Below, piece after piece: positions 7,704-17,481 of a stretch of 64,000 nucleotides of DNA (its first letter is position 1; each line of letters begins with the position of its first letter). The notes beneath the pieces are model-generated. The model saw only the letters and a list, made by a program, of their open reading frames with translations, did not search any database and was not told the DNA's origin. The stretch lies in NCBI GenBank assembly GCA_028689615.1, contig JAQVCV010000012.1:10241-74240 (forward strand). Reading direction: 5' to 3'. A program made the position numbers and the translations under genes. The stretch comes from Bacteroidales bacterium (GTDB taxonomy: Bacteria; Bacteroidota; Bacteroidia; Bacteroidales; TTA-H9).

Positions 7704-9605
7704 TTAATCAACCACCACTTTTCGAACCACCGACTGCCCTTCCACATCGATTCTGAGGAAATAGATCCCCTGATGCAAAGAGCTCACATTGAAGCTAAAA
7801 TGGGTTGTCGAAGAACCAGCATTCCCCTTTTCCATAGTTGCAACCCTTGCGCCGGTCAGGTCGTAAAGGTGAGCCACAACATCTTGCTGACCCAATCCGG
7901 ATAGAGTGACATTTAACTCATCGTTGGCCGGATTAGGGAATACATTGATATTGAAGGAGACCGGGGTATATTCCGATGCTCCATCAATGATGAAGTCTGC
8001 ATCAGCGAAAGAAATTCCTTGCACAAATCTGTGGAAAACAGGAAGATCAGGATCGTTGTTGGTATGAATATCGGTTGTGGTAATGGGGATCATAAATCCA
8101 TCGTCGGTTTTCTTAACAACTGGCGACATGAAATGGAAGAAATTATCGCCCCATACTTCTGAACCACCTGTAAAGTCAACAACTTCTGTGTAGCGGTTGT
8201 GTTCAGTATCACGCGCCCAACCAAACAGGTCGGGGTAGAGATTGGTTTCAACACCAAAAAACTCCTTGTCGGAATCGGTCCAGGTGGCAAAAACAACCTT
8301 TCCGTCTTCTGAGAGACCGGCTTGCAAACGGTGATCCCATCCCACTGCATCGTCACCTACACCATAACCCGACTCTTCGGCTTTCACATAATCGGTCTGC
8401 AGCGTATCGATGTATTGGATTAACCAATCGTTGCCTTGCCCTGCATTGAAGAGTTCAAAAACAGTTCCCATATCGGCCGTGTAAACATAGCCCAACGAAT
8501 CGGGATGATCGGATGAAGCTCCTTTGCACAACATGAAGATGTGAGCATTGCCATCGGCATCCACTACCAGGTCGGTTTCGCTAACCGAGGGTTTCACGAT
8601 CGAGAAGTCGCGTTTCAATCCAGGTAAATACTCAACCAAAGCCGGGTGGTTCTTCAAATTAAGATAATCCATGATTTCCCAGGTGAGCCCTCTGTCGGTA
8701 CTTTTATAAACAATCGGTTGATAAGCACACAAATCGTCACCACTGCGGGCGTCAGCTCCCACGAAGGTCACATAACCAATTTGCCCGTCGGGAGAGAAGG
8801 CAACGTTGATATCGGAGGCTGCCAGATCCCAGGTCTGATCGCTTGCATGATTGACCTCTGGAGCAAGCGTTTGCTCCGACCACTCAAATTGATTGGTAGT
8901 GGCATTAAACACACCCCGCATCACGATTCCCTGCCCAAAAGTTACGTAGCTCTGACTGTTGGTGGAGTAAGCCATCCCACAGATGTGAGCAATGCCATCA
9001 GCATCAACAGAAAGGCCATGTCGCACAATGAGGTCGTGGCCGGTGGTGTTGTTCACCATCTTCTCATCGGCATACAGGTTGCCAAAGGTATTGCTTCCCA
9101 GGTAGGTTTTCGACCAGTTGTTGCTTTCGGTGCGTGGCCCGACCATTAATCGGAAAGCATTTGCCAAATCAGTGTTACCCGACGGGTTGTAGATAATTCC
9201 GCTGGGATACCTCCTCAATATGGATGCATCGGGAAGGGAAATTTCAGAAGTAAAAGAAACACCATCATCTGTTGAAACCGACGACACCAACTCATTTCCA
9301 GTAGCTATTACACCGGTATTACCTCGGTTTGTAAACATGAGGGCATCAAGCTCGGGGTTGTAAATAAGGCAATGTTGCTGTGCAACCAAAACCGAAAAAA
9401 TGTTAATAGAAGAGGAGATATCTGTAAGTGAAATATCAGCCCTCACTCCGTCAGGTTTTAAACCGGTCCACTCCTTGGGAGTAGCGTCGGTACGTTCCAC
9501 CTTTCGATCGATCACTTTATTACGATCTGTTTTTACAGCCGTTTGAGCACTAACACTAAGCACCAGGCACGACGAAGCCAATAAAGAAAGTAAATACTTC
9601 TTCAT
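7704..9605 (-). CDS. Asp-box (BNR-like) beta-propeller-type secreted protein with T9SS C-terminal sorting domain, paralog 5
   Basis: 633-aa ORF. Signal peptide MKKYLLSLLASSCLVLSVSAQ. Motifs STDDGVSF, RRYPSGIIYNPSGNTDLANAF, YKSTDRGLTWEIM. T9SS tail FPNPANDELNVTL...GIYFLRIDVEGQSVVRKVVVD. Confidence 0.9.
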   Translation of the reverse strand: MKKYLLSLLASSCLVLSVSAQTAVKTDRNKVIDRKVERTDATPKEWTGLKPDGVRADISLTDISSSINIFSVLVAQQHCLIYNPELDALMFTNRGNTGVIATGNELVSSVSTDDGVSFTSEISLPDASILRRYPSGIIYNPSGNTDLANAFRLMVGPRTESNNWSKTYLGSNTFGNLYADEKMVNNTTGHDLIVRHGLSVDADGIAHICGMAYSTNSQSYVTFGQGIVMRGVFNATTNQFEWSEQTLAPEVNHASDQTWDLAASDINVAFSPDGQIGYVTFVGADARSGDDLCAYQPIVYKSTDRGLTWEIMDYLNLKNHPALVEYLPGLKRDFSIVKPSVSETDLVVDADGNAHIFMLCKGASSDHPDSLGYVYTADMGTVFELFNAGQGNDWLIQYIDTLQTDYVKAEESGYGVGDDAVGWDHRLQAGLSEDGKVVFATWTDSDKEFFGVETNLYPDLFGWARDTEHNRYTEVVDFTGGSEVWGDNFFHFMSPVVKKTDDGFMIPITTTDIHTNNDPDLPVFHRFVQGISFADADFIIDGASEYTPVSFNINVFPNPANDELNVTLSGLGQQDVVAHLYDLTGARVATMEKGNAGSSTTHFSFNVSSLHQGIYFLRIDVEGQSVVRKVVVD

Positions 9606-10394
9606 AACAATAGATTATTTAAAAAAATTAATAATACACCGGATGATCCGGATAAATGTGTTCAATTACAAAGGAATAACTTAACCATCAATGAATTGCG
9701 ATGCGGCAGTATAACACCATGACGTTTTTGCAATCGCTGCAAAACATCCGAAAATCAACAATAAAATAATGGTTACTTGTGAATCACGGAAAACGCCATT
9801 GAATCAGCTAACAATAAAAATTCAGACAACAGTGTTATCAAATTCATTGTTATACCCCGTGGAGTACACGGTTCATGCAAGCTCCGTCCCCGGCTATCCA
9901 ATCGTTTGACGATTCCTTTCACCGGGTGCACCCTCAAAGATGCAATTAGGTTATTCCTAATTCATCAGACGAACAACAGCAGCTAAAAGTTGCCGCCAGT
10001 TTTAAAAATAATCGAAAAAAAAGACAATATTAACCTTAATTAACCTTTCAAACCGGCAACCACCAACAAACATTCTTTCAATCAATTACATGCACATCAA
10101 TAGATGTATTGACGTTTCAAATATACCGCGTCTTAGTGAAAATGCGAAGCATTTGGGCCTTATAAGTGCCGATCCTTCGGTATTAGAGGCGGTTAATCCC
10201 GAATCGTTTCACTCTCGGGACGAAGATCGTACCGAGCCACCAGACGCAAGCTATTTTCGCAACTAGCGCAGCGATCTCATGCACGCCCGAAATAATTATC
10301 GTGTGCATAAAATCAAGTTGATTCGGTATAGCATTAAACCGTTTCAATTACAACCTGGCTAACTCATTTTTCAATAATCCATGAATGAAATGAC

Positions 10395-10644
10395 CTACTG
10401 TGATTCACCCGCCAGTAGAAATTCAAAGAAATAGTCCATTAGCATCGGGGAATAAGCAACCATGAATCCATGATCACCGTTTTGCAACCAAACCAGGTCA
10501 TCGGCAAACGATCCCAAGGCCTGCTCTGTTTGTCAGACCAAACAATCCATCTTTAAACCCTGTATTACAGCAGGATGATTCCTGAAAGCTGGCATCGAAA
10601 CTGTTTTGGAAGATTCAGGACGAAGAAACAGCTTTCCGAAGCTT
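10395..10644 (-). pseudogene. Decayed C-terminal remnant of an alpha/beta-hydrolase-fold gene
   Basis: Hand translation of the minus strand gives ...KTVSMPAFRNHPAVIQGLKMDCLV*QTEQALGSFADDLVWLQNGDHGFMVAYSPMLMDYFFEFLLAGESQ*. The pattern (hydrophobic strand, G..D..V, then ..G.gH.F near the C-terminus) is typical of the Asp and His end of alpha/beta hydrolases. There is no start codon, no N-terminal nucleophile part, and an in-frame TGA at 10533-10535. Confidence 0.45.
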
Positions 10645-10646
10645 CA

Positions 10647-11801
10647 CTAAATTACGACAGAACGTCGCAAGCGGTTCTCGGCCTCAAACGATATTCGGTA
10701 AGTAACATGTTTTTTTGCATAAACCGAACCGGTTGCCACTTGCAGAGCTTGCATTTTGGGGTTGAAATCGCCCACCCAACTCAACTCCAGTTCTTTCAGC
10801 CAGGGCTTTTTTAGAATAGCCTGATGCAGGTGGTAAATTATGCCGGCATCAATACCAAAACGCTGGTACTGCGGTACAATTCCCATGATTATCATTCTGC
10901 CGCGGCTGTAGCGGTGCAGTTTCACCCCTGCCAGAAGTCGCAATTTGTTGAAGAGATTCAGCTTCCCTTTAAAAGGTTTAACGATTTGGTTGATATCAGG
11001 GAAAATAATCTCGAAACCAATTGGTTCGTTGTCGTGGTAGGCAAACCAAATCAATTCAGGATCAATAATGGATTTGGCACTGTGAAAAGTCTTTCGGAGG
11101 TTCTCAATTTCAATAGGGGTAAAATTCTCATGAAATTGCCAGGCCTGATCATACACCCTCTTAAAATCGGAGAGGAAACCGTCTGCCTCCTTGAAGTTAA
11201 AGTGGCGGTAGGTAAATTGTTTCTTTTTTAAAACCCATTCAGCGATCTTCATGAATCGCCCCGGGATAGGAACCGTGAGGTCGAGGTGGTTGGTAATTTG
11301 CTCGAAATACACCTGGAAACCATAACTTTCAAACAAAGCGCGGTAATAAGGTTTGTGGTAAGGCATACCATACCCCGGGTGGGTAAACCCATCAACCAGA
11401 AGGCCCCAGTAATTGTCGTTTTCGCCAAAATTGACTGGTCCATCCATAGCCTTCATCCCTTGATTTATAAGCCATTTACGACAAGCATCGAATAGTATAA
11501 AAGCAGCTTCATGGTTATCGACACACTCAAAAAAGCCCATTCCTCCTGTAGGCACCTCATAGCCAAAGGCCTTATTGCGATTCACAAAGGCTGCTACACG
11601 ACCTATGATTTCATCATCGCGACGTAAAATCCAACGGATAGCCGAACCATGTTGAAAAAAGGTATTTTCGGAGGGGTTAAAGATTGCATTTATTTCGGCA
11701 TCAAAGGTGCATACCCAGTGAGGATCATCTTTGTAAATATTTCTGGCTACATCAAGAAACTGGCTTTCCTGCTGTTGGCTTCTAACTTCGATTAATTCCA
11801 T
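10647..11801 (-). CDS. GNAT-like N-acyltransferase family protein (conserved Bacteroidota protein, function unknown)
   Basis: The ORF track gives 10647..11825 (392 aa). I place the start at MELIEV (11801), with MLFNMELIEV (11813) as an alternative, because a -7 promoter box at 11823-11830 overlaps the longest-ORF start. The N-terminus (LIEV..., YKDDPHWVCTFD.EI..IFNPS.N.FF.HG...RWIL) resembles a family I recall being annotated as GNAT acetyltransferases. This was not verified. Confidence 0.7.
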   Translation of the reverse strand: MELIEVRSQQQESQFLDVARNIYKDDPHWVCTFDAEINAIFNPSENTFFQHGSAIRWILRRDDEIIGRVAAFVNRNKAFGYEVPTGGMGFFECVDNHEAAFILFDACRKWLINQGMKAMDGPVNFGENDNYWGLLVDGFTHPGYGMPYHKPYYRALFESYGFQVYFEQITNHLDLTVPIPGRFMKIAEWVLKKKQFTYRHFNFKEADGFLSDFKRVYDQAWQFHENFTPIEIENLRKTFHSAKSIIDPELIWFAYHDNEPIGFEIIFPDINQIVKPFKGKLNLFNKLRLLAGVKLHRYSRGRMIIMGIVPQYQRFGIDAGIIYHLHQAILKKPWLKELELSWVGDFNPKMQALQVATGSVYAKKHVTYRISFEAENRLRRSVVI

Positions 11802-11822
11802 ATTAAACAGCATAGTGGATGG

Positions 11823-11830
11823 CAAAAATA
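11823..11830 (-). promoter_or_regulatory. Bacteroidota -7 promoter box (TAnnTTTG) for the GNAT-like gene
   Basis: Plus strand caaaaata equals minus strand TATTTTTG. It lies just downstream of the eno terminator hairpin. Confidence 0.45.
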
Positions 11831-11878
11831 ACCCATTTCATGAATCCCTGCAAACCTTGACTGGCAGACATAAGAAGA

Positions 11879-11903
11879 GGGGGATCCGCTATGCGGATCC
11901 CCC
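11879..11903 (-). terminator. Terminator hairpin after eno
   Basis: Perfect 11-bp GC-rich stem gggggatccgc (11879-11889) / gcggatccccc (11893-11903) with a 3-nt loop, 22 nt past the eno stop. The downstream tract on the minus strand is only moderately T-rich (TCTTCTTAT). Confidence 0.6.
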
Positions 11904-11924
11904 TGCTTTTCAAACAGAATGCGC

Positions 11925-13220
<1,296 letters not shown>

Positions 13221-13303
13221 TTAGGGTTATAAGATTAAACAAGAAAAGGATAAAACAGCGAAGCCATCTCATCCTTTTCAATGAACTTTAAAACAATTCA
13301 GTT

Positions 13304-13771
13304 TTATTCATCCTTAGCGGCATCAGTTGCTGGAGCAGCGTCGGCTTTTTTGCGGCTACGGCGTGTGCGGGTAGTGCGGGTGGTTTTGGTTTCCTGCGAA
13401 CCCAGCATGAGTTCGTTGAAATCGACCAACTCCATGATACACATTTCGGCTGCATCGCCAAGTCGGTTACCGGTTTTGAGGATACGGGTATATCCGCCCG
13501 GGCGATTAGCAATCTTCACACTGATGGTGCGGAAGAGCTCGTTAACAGCTTCTTTGCTACCGAGGTAGCTGTAAACCATACGGCGGTTGTGCATCGAATC
13601 CTCTTTGCCACGAGTGATGAGAGGCTCAACGTACTTGCGAAGCTCTTTGGCTTTAGCTACGGTGGTGGTGATCCTTTTAGCAAGAATCAGCGAGGAGGCC
13701 ATATTGGACAGCATCGCTTTGCGGTGCGTGCTGGTTCTTCCTAAATGGTTGACTTTCTTACCGTGTCTCAT
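13304..13771 (-). CDS. rplQ: 50S ribosomal protein L17
   Basis: [25 protein letters not shown].... It follows rpoA as in the alpha operon and has a basic, Thr-rich C-terminal tail. Confidence 0.97.
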   Translation of the reverse strand: MRHGKKVNHLGRTSTHRKAMLSNMASSLILAKRITTTVAKAKELRKYVEPLITRGKEDSMHNRRMVYSYLGSKEAVNELFRTISVKIANRPGGYTRILKTGNRLGDAAEMCIMELVDFNELMLGSQETKTTRTTRTRRSRKKADAAPATDAAKDE

Positions 13772-13776
13772 TTTTA

Positions 13777-14769
13777 TTAATCCTTATCTAATTTATATTT
13801 TTCAACTTTCATCCCAAACTCGAGTCCTTTGTTATCAACGAGTTCTTCAAGCTCGGTGAGCGACTTTTTTCCGAAGTTGCGGAATTTGAGCAAATCGCTC
13901 TTATTGTATGAAACCAAGTCGCCCAGCGTCTCCACGTCGGCAGCTTTCAGGCAGTTTAGAGCCCTGACACTGAGATCAAGATCAACCAGTTTGGTTTTCA
14001 ACAATTGGCGCACATGCAACGAACCCTCATCAAGGTCATCATTGGTCACTTTTACTTCAAGATCCATCGTGATTTTATCATCACTAAACAGCATGAAGTG
14101 GTGAATCAGAATCTTGGCAGAATCTTTAAGGGCATCTTTGGGTGAGATGGAACCATCGGTAACGATTTCAAGAATCAGTTTTTCGTAGTCGGTTTTTTGT
14201 TCGACGCGGAAATTTTCGACGGTATATTTCACGTTTTTAACGGGTGTGTGGATAGAGTCCATGGCAATGGTGCCGATAGGGGCATTCAAAGCTTTGTTCT
14301 CTTCAGCCGGCACATATCCCCTGCCCTTTTCGATAGTCAGCTCAAGGGAGAGCTTGACCGAGCGTTCCATATTACAGATAACAACTCCCGGGTTCAGAAC
14401 CTGAAAGGCTGATAGGAATTTGTTAATATTTCCGGCTGTAAACTGATCCTGATCGCCGATTACCACGTGAACCTTTTCACTGGTTTCAGATTCTACAAGG
14501 CGTTTAAAGCGGATTTGTTTAAGGTTGAGGATAATGTCGGTAACATCTTCCACAACGCCTTTGATCGAGGAAAACTCATGATCAACACCATCAATACGCA
14601 CCGATGTGATGGCATATCCTTCGAGCGAACTCAGAAGGATACGGCGCAGTGCATTTCCGATAGTGATTCCAAATCCGGGTTCGAGCGGACGAAACTCAAA
14701 GATTCCCTTGTTGTCGTCGGCATGAACCATGATCACTTTATCCGGTTTTTGAAAAGTCAGAAGAGCCAT
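13777..14769 (-). CDS. rpoA: DNA-directed RNA polymerase subunit alpha
   Basis: 330 aa. N-terminal domain motif [23 protein letters not shown] and a C-terminal domain with [20 protein letters not shown]. Confidence 0.98.
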   Translation of the reverse strand: MALLTFQKPDKVIMVHADDNKGIFEFRPLEPGFGITIGNALRRILLSSLEGYAITSVRIDGVDHEFSSIKGVVEDVTDIILNLKQIRFKRLVESETSEKVHVVIGDQDQFTAGNINKFLSAFQVLNPGVVICNMERSVKLSLELTIEKGRGYVPAEENKALNAPIGTIAMDSIHTPVKNVKYTVENFRVEQKTDYEKLILEIVTDGSISPKDALKDSAKILIHHFMLFSDDKITMDLEVKVTNDDLDEGSLHVRQLLKTKLVDLDLSVRALNCLKAADVETLGDLVSYNKSDLLKFRNFGKKSLTELEELVDNKGLEFGMKVEKYKLDKD

Positions 14770-14808
14770 ATACTGGTTGTTATCTAATTAAACAGATCAA
14801 ACAAAAGA

Positions 14809-15414
14809 TTACTTAGAGTACAACTCAACAATGAGCTGTTCCCTGATATTCTCGGGAATCTCTTCACGAGGGGGGAGGTTCATAAATTTACCGGTCATCA
14901 TGGTGTTGTCCCATTCCAGCCAACTGAATTGTTGACCACGTCCGGCCAGTGAATCTGTAATTGCTTCGAGCGATTTCGATTTTTCTCTAACAGCGATGAT
15001 GTCGCCGGGACGGAGGCGGTAAGAGGGGATGTTAACCACTCTTCCGTTCACTGTGATGTGACGGTGTCCGACCAACTGACGTGCAGCACTGCGAGTCGGG
15101 GCAATACCAAGACGGTAAACCACATTGTCGAGGCGGGCCTCAATATACTGAAGCAAAACTTCACCGGTAATACCATGAGCTTTGGCAGCTTTTTCAAAGA
15201 GGTTTCTGAACTGGCGCTCAAGAATACCGTAGGTATATTTTGCTTTCTGCTTCTCAGCAAGCTGAATACCGTATTCACTCTGCTTGTTCCGGCGTTTCGA
15301 GTTGCCATGCATTCCCGGAGGGAAATTCTTTTTCTCGAAATATTTATCGGGTCCGTAAATCGGGTCTTTAAAACGTCGTGCAATTTTTGTCTTAGGACCA
15401 ATGTATCTTGCCAT
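14809..15414 (-). CDS. rpsD: 30S ribosomal protein S4
   Basis: [15 protein letters not shown]..., 201 aa, at the expected operon position. Confidence 0.98.
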   Translation of the reverse strand: MARYIGPKTKIARRFKDPIYGPDKYFEKKNFPPGMHGNSKRRNKQSEYGIQLAEKQKAKYTYGILERQFRNLFEKAAKAHGITGEVLLQYIEARLDNVVYRLGIAPTRSAARQLVGHRHITVNGRVVNIPSYRLRPGDIIAVREKSKSLEAITDSLAGRGQQFSWLEWDNTMMTGKFMNLPPREEIPENIREQLIVELYSK

Positions 15415-15469
15415 AACGAAATTGTTGAATTGGGTTTATTGCTATTCCCTTGATTATTAACTCAAATAA

Positions 15470-15868
15470 TTATACTCTGCGGCGTTTGGGAGGACGGCAA
15501 CCGTTATGAGGCAAAGGTGTAACATCTTTGATCTCAGTCACTTCAATTCCTGCACCGTGCAGGGTACGGATGGCTGACTCACGGCCAGAGCCAGGGCCTT
15601 TTACAAACACTTTAACTTTGCGAAGACCAAGGTCGTAAGCAACTTTGGCACAATCGGTAGTTGCCATCTGGGCAGCGTAAGGGGTATTCTTCTTAGAGCC
15701 CCTGAAGCCCATTTTTCCAGCCGAGGCCCATGAAATTACCTGCCCGGCATTGTTGGTAAGGGTAACGATAATGTTGTTGAAAGAAGCACTAACATAAGCC
15801 CTTCCGGTGGCTTCCACCTTCACGACCCTTTTTTTAGTGCTCTTTGCAGATTTCTGACTTTTAGCCAT
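15470..15868 (-). CDS. rpsK: 30S ribosomal protein S11
   Basis: 132 aa, ...[36 protein letters not shown]... Confidence 0.98.
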   Translation of the reverse strand: MAKSQKSAKSTKKRVVKVEATGRAYVSASFNNIIVTLTNNAGQVISWASAGKMGFRGSKKNTPYAAQMATTDCAKVAYDLGLRKVKVFVKGPGSGRESAIRTLHGAGIEVTEIKDVTPLPHNGCRPPKRRRV

Positions 15869-15909
15869 CTCTGATTATCCTTTGTAATTATTATTATAAT
15901 TCTTACACA

Positions 15910-16290
15910 TTAGCCCTTAGCAGCCTTTTTCTTGTTGGCCACAGTTTTCTTCTTACCCTTACGGGTACGGGCATTATTCTTAGTACTTTGTCCGCGCAAT
16001 GGCAAGCCAATGCGGTGACGCACTCCGCGATAGCAACCAATATCCATCAGTCGCTTGATGTTCATCTGGGTCTCTGAACGAAGAGCCCCTTCAACTTTGT
16101 ATTTTTCGTTGATGACATTACGGATGGCGGTCTGCTCATCGTCATTCCAGTCCTGAACTTTTTTATTCTTATCGATTCCTGCTTCTTCAAGAATCTGAAC
16201 CGATAAACTGCGACCGATTCCGTAAATATAGGTTAAACCTATTTCACCACGCTTATTTTTAGGTAAATCAATACCTGCGATCCTGGCCAT
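15910..16290 (-). CDS. rpsM: 30S ribosomal protein S13
   Basis: [26 protein letters not shown]..., 126 aa. Confidence 0.98.
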   Translation of the reverse strand: MARIAGIDLPKNKRGEIGLTYIYGIGRSLSVQILEEAGIDKNKKVQDWNDDEQTAIRNVINEKYKVEGALRSETQMNIKRLMDIGCYRGVRHRIGLPLRGQSTKNNARTRKGKKKTVANKKKAAKG

Positions 16291-16322
16291 ATTTTATTCT
16301 CCTGATTATTTATTTGCCTTAA

Positions 16323-16439
16323 TTAACCCTGTCTCTGTTTGTACTTCGGATTCTTTTTATTGATGATGTAAATCCGTCCTTTACGACGTACAACTTTGCA
16401 ATCAGGGGTTCTTTTCTTAACAGATGCTCTGACTTTCAT
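16323..16439 (-). CDS. rpmJ: 50S ribosomal protein L36 (form with a single Cys)
   Basis: Not in the ORF track because it is too short. Hand translation from ATG at 16439 gives [38 protein letters not shown] with TAA at 16325-16323. It sits in the canonical slot between infA and rpsM. Confidence 0.93.
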   Translation of the reverse strand: MKVRASVKKRTPDCKVVRRKGRIYIINKKNPKYKQRQG

Positions 16440-16463
16440 GTTCTATGGTCTTTATCCTGTGAA

Positions 16464-16682
16464 TTATTTGTATCTAAATGATATTCTGCCTTTTGAAAGA
16501 TCATAAGGTGTCATTTCAACTTTAACCCGGTCGCCGGGCAGAATTTTAATGTAGTGCATACGCATTTTCCCGGAAATGTGGGCTATGATCTGGTGGCCGT
16601 TTTCAAGTTCCACTCTGAACATTGCATTGCCCAGCGATTCAACTACTGTTCCGTCTTGTTCAATTGATGGCTGTTTTGCCAT
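16464..16682 (-). CDS. infA: Translation initiation factor IF-1
   Basis: 72 aa. [55 protein letters not shown]. Confidence 0.98.
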   Translation of the reverse strand: MAKQPSIEQDGTVVESLGNAMFRVELENGHQIIAHISGKMRMHYIKILPGDRVKVEMTPYDLSKGRISFRYK

Positions 16683-16687
16683 AATTT

Positions 16688-17473
16688 TTAATTTCTCGAT
16701 TTTAAAACCTCGTCAATAAATTCGAATGTTGAAAGCACCTCGGCTTGTCCTTGTCTAACCACAACGTCGTGCTCGAAATGTGCAGAAGGAAGCCGATCGG
16801 CGGTTCGGATGGTCCAACCGTCCCTCTCCTGTACAACCGATTTTGTCCCCAGATTGATCATGGGTTCAATTGCTATTACCAGACCCGGTTGCAACCTGGC
16901 ACCTGTTCCCCGTCGGCCATAATTAGGAACTTCGGGAGCTTCGTGCAGATTACGTCCAAGACCGTGGCCAACCAAATCGCGAACTACAGAGTAGCCCCTC
17001 GCCTCAACGAACGATTGAACGGCATACCCTATATCGCCGATTCGGTTACCCGCAACGGCTTTTTCTAAAGCCTGCTCAAGCGACTGGCGTGTGGTTTCCA
17101 CGAGGGCTACCACTTTTGCATCAACCTCGCCAACAGCGAAGGTAAAGGCAGAATCGCCGTAATATCCGTTCATCACCACTCCACAGTCAACCGAAACGAT
17201 GTCGCCATCTTTTAATTCCCGATGACTTGGTATTCCATGAACCACCACTTCATTAACCGACACACACAAGGTGGCGGGAAATCCATGATAACCTTTGAAA
17301 CCAGGCTTGGCACCGTGATCAAGAATAAACTCCTCGGCCACTTTGTCCAACGCCTTGGTGGTGATGCCCGGACCTATCACACGAGCAACTTCAGCTAAGG
17401 TTTTTCCAACAAGCAAAGAACTTTGACGGATAAGCTCTATCTCTTCTTCCGATTTGAGATGAATCATAGCCAC
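16688..17473 (-). CDS. map: Type I methionine aminopeptidase
   Basis: 261 aa. Metal-ligand context [25 protein letters not shown]. Located between secY and infA. Confidence 0.97.
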   Translation of the reverse strand: MAMIHLKSEEEIELIRQSSLLVGKTLAEVARVIGPGITTKALDKVAEEFILDHGAKPGFKGYHGFPATLCVSVNEVVVHGIPSHRELKDGDIVSVDCGVVMNGYYGDSAFTFAVGEVDAKVVALVETTRQSLEQALEKAVAGNRIGDIGYAVQSFVEARGYSVVRDLVGHGLGRNLHEAPEVPNYGRRGTGARLQPGLVIAIEPMINLGTKSVVQERDGWTIRTADRLPSAHFEHDVVVRQGQAEVLSTFEFIDEVLKSRN

Positions 17474-17481
17474 TTATCCGT

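Noticed and set aside
17-9149. Plus-strand ORFs inside the paralog array (17..634, 1639..2037, 2047..2316, 3268..3669, 3703..4059, 5328..5864, 6897..7391, 8646..9149) and the many shorter minus-strand out-of-frame ORFs
   Set aside because: All lie antisense to or out of frame with long ORFs that have signal peptides, conserved family motifs and T9SS tails. Their translations are low-complexity and have no recognisable motifs, so they are shadow ORFs.
9606-10646. Possible tRNA, tmRNA, RNase P RNA, SRP RNA or a common riboswitch in the long intergenic region
   Set aside because: I looked by eye on both strands for T-loop GGTTCGAATCC-like boxes, the tmRNA 5' GGGG.. and 3' CCACCA ends with a tag ORF, RNase P GAGGAAAGTCCGGGC, SRP GGTCCGGAAGGAAGCAGC, and TPP, cobalamin, SAM, glycine and c-di-GMP cores. 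None was present. I reported the region only as an unexplained noncoding stretch.
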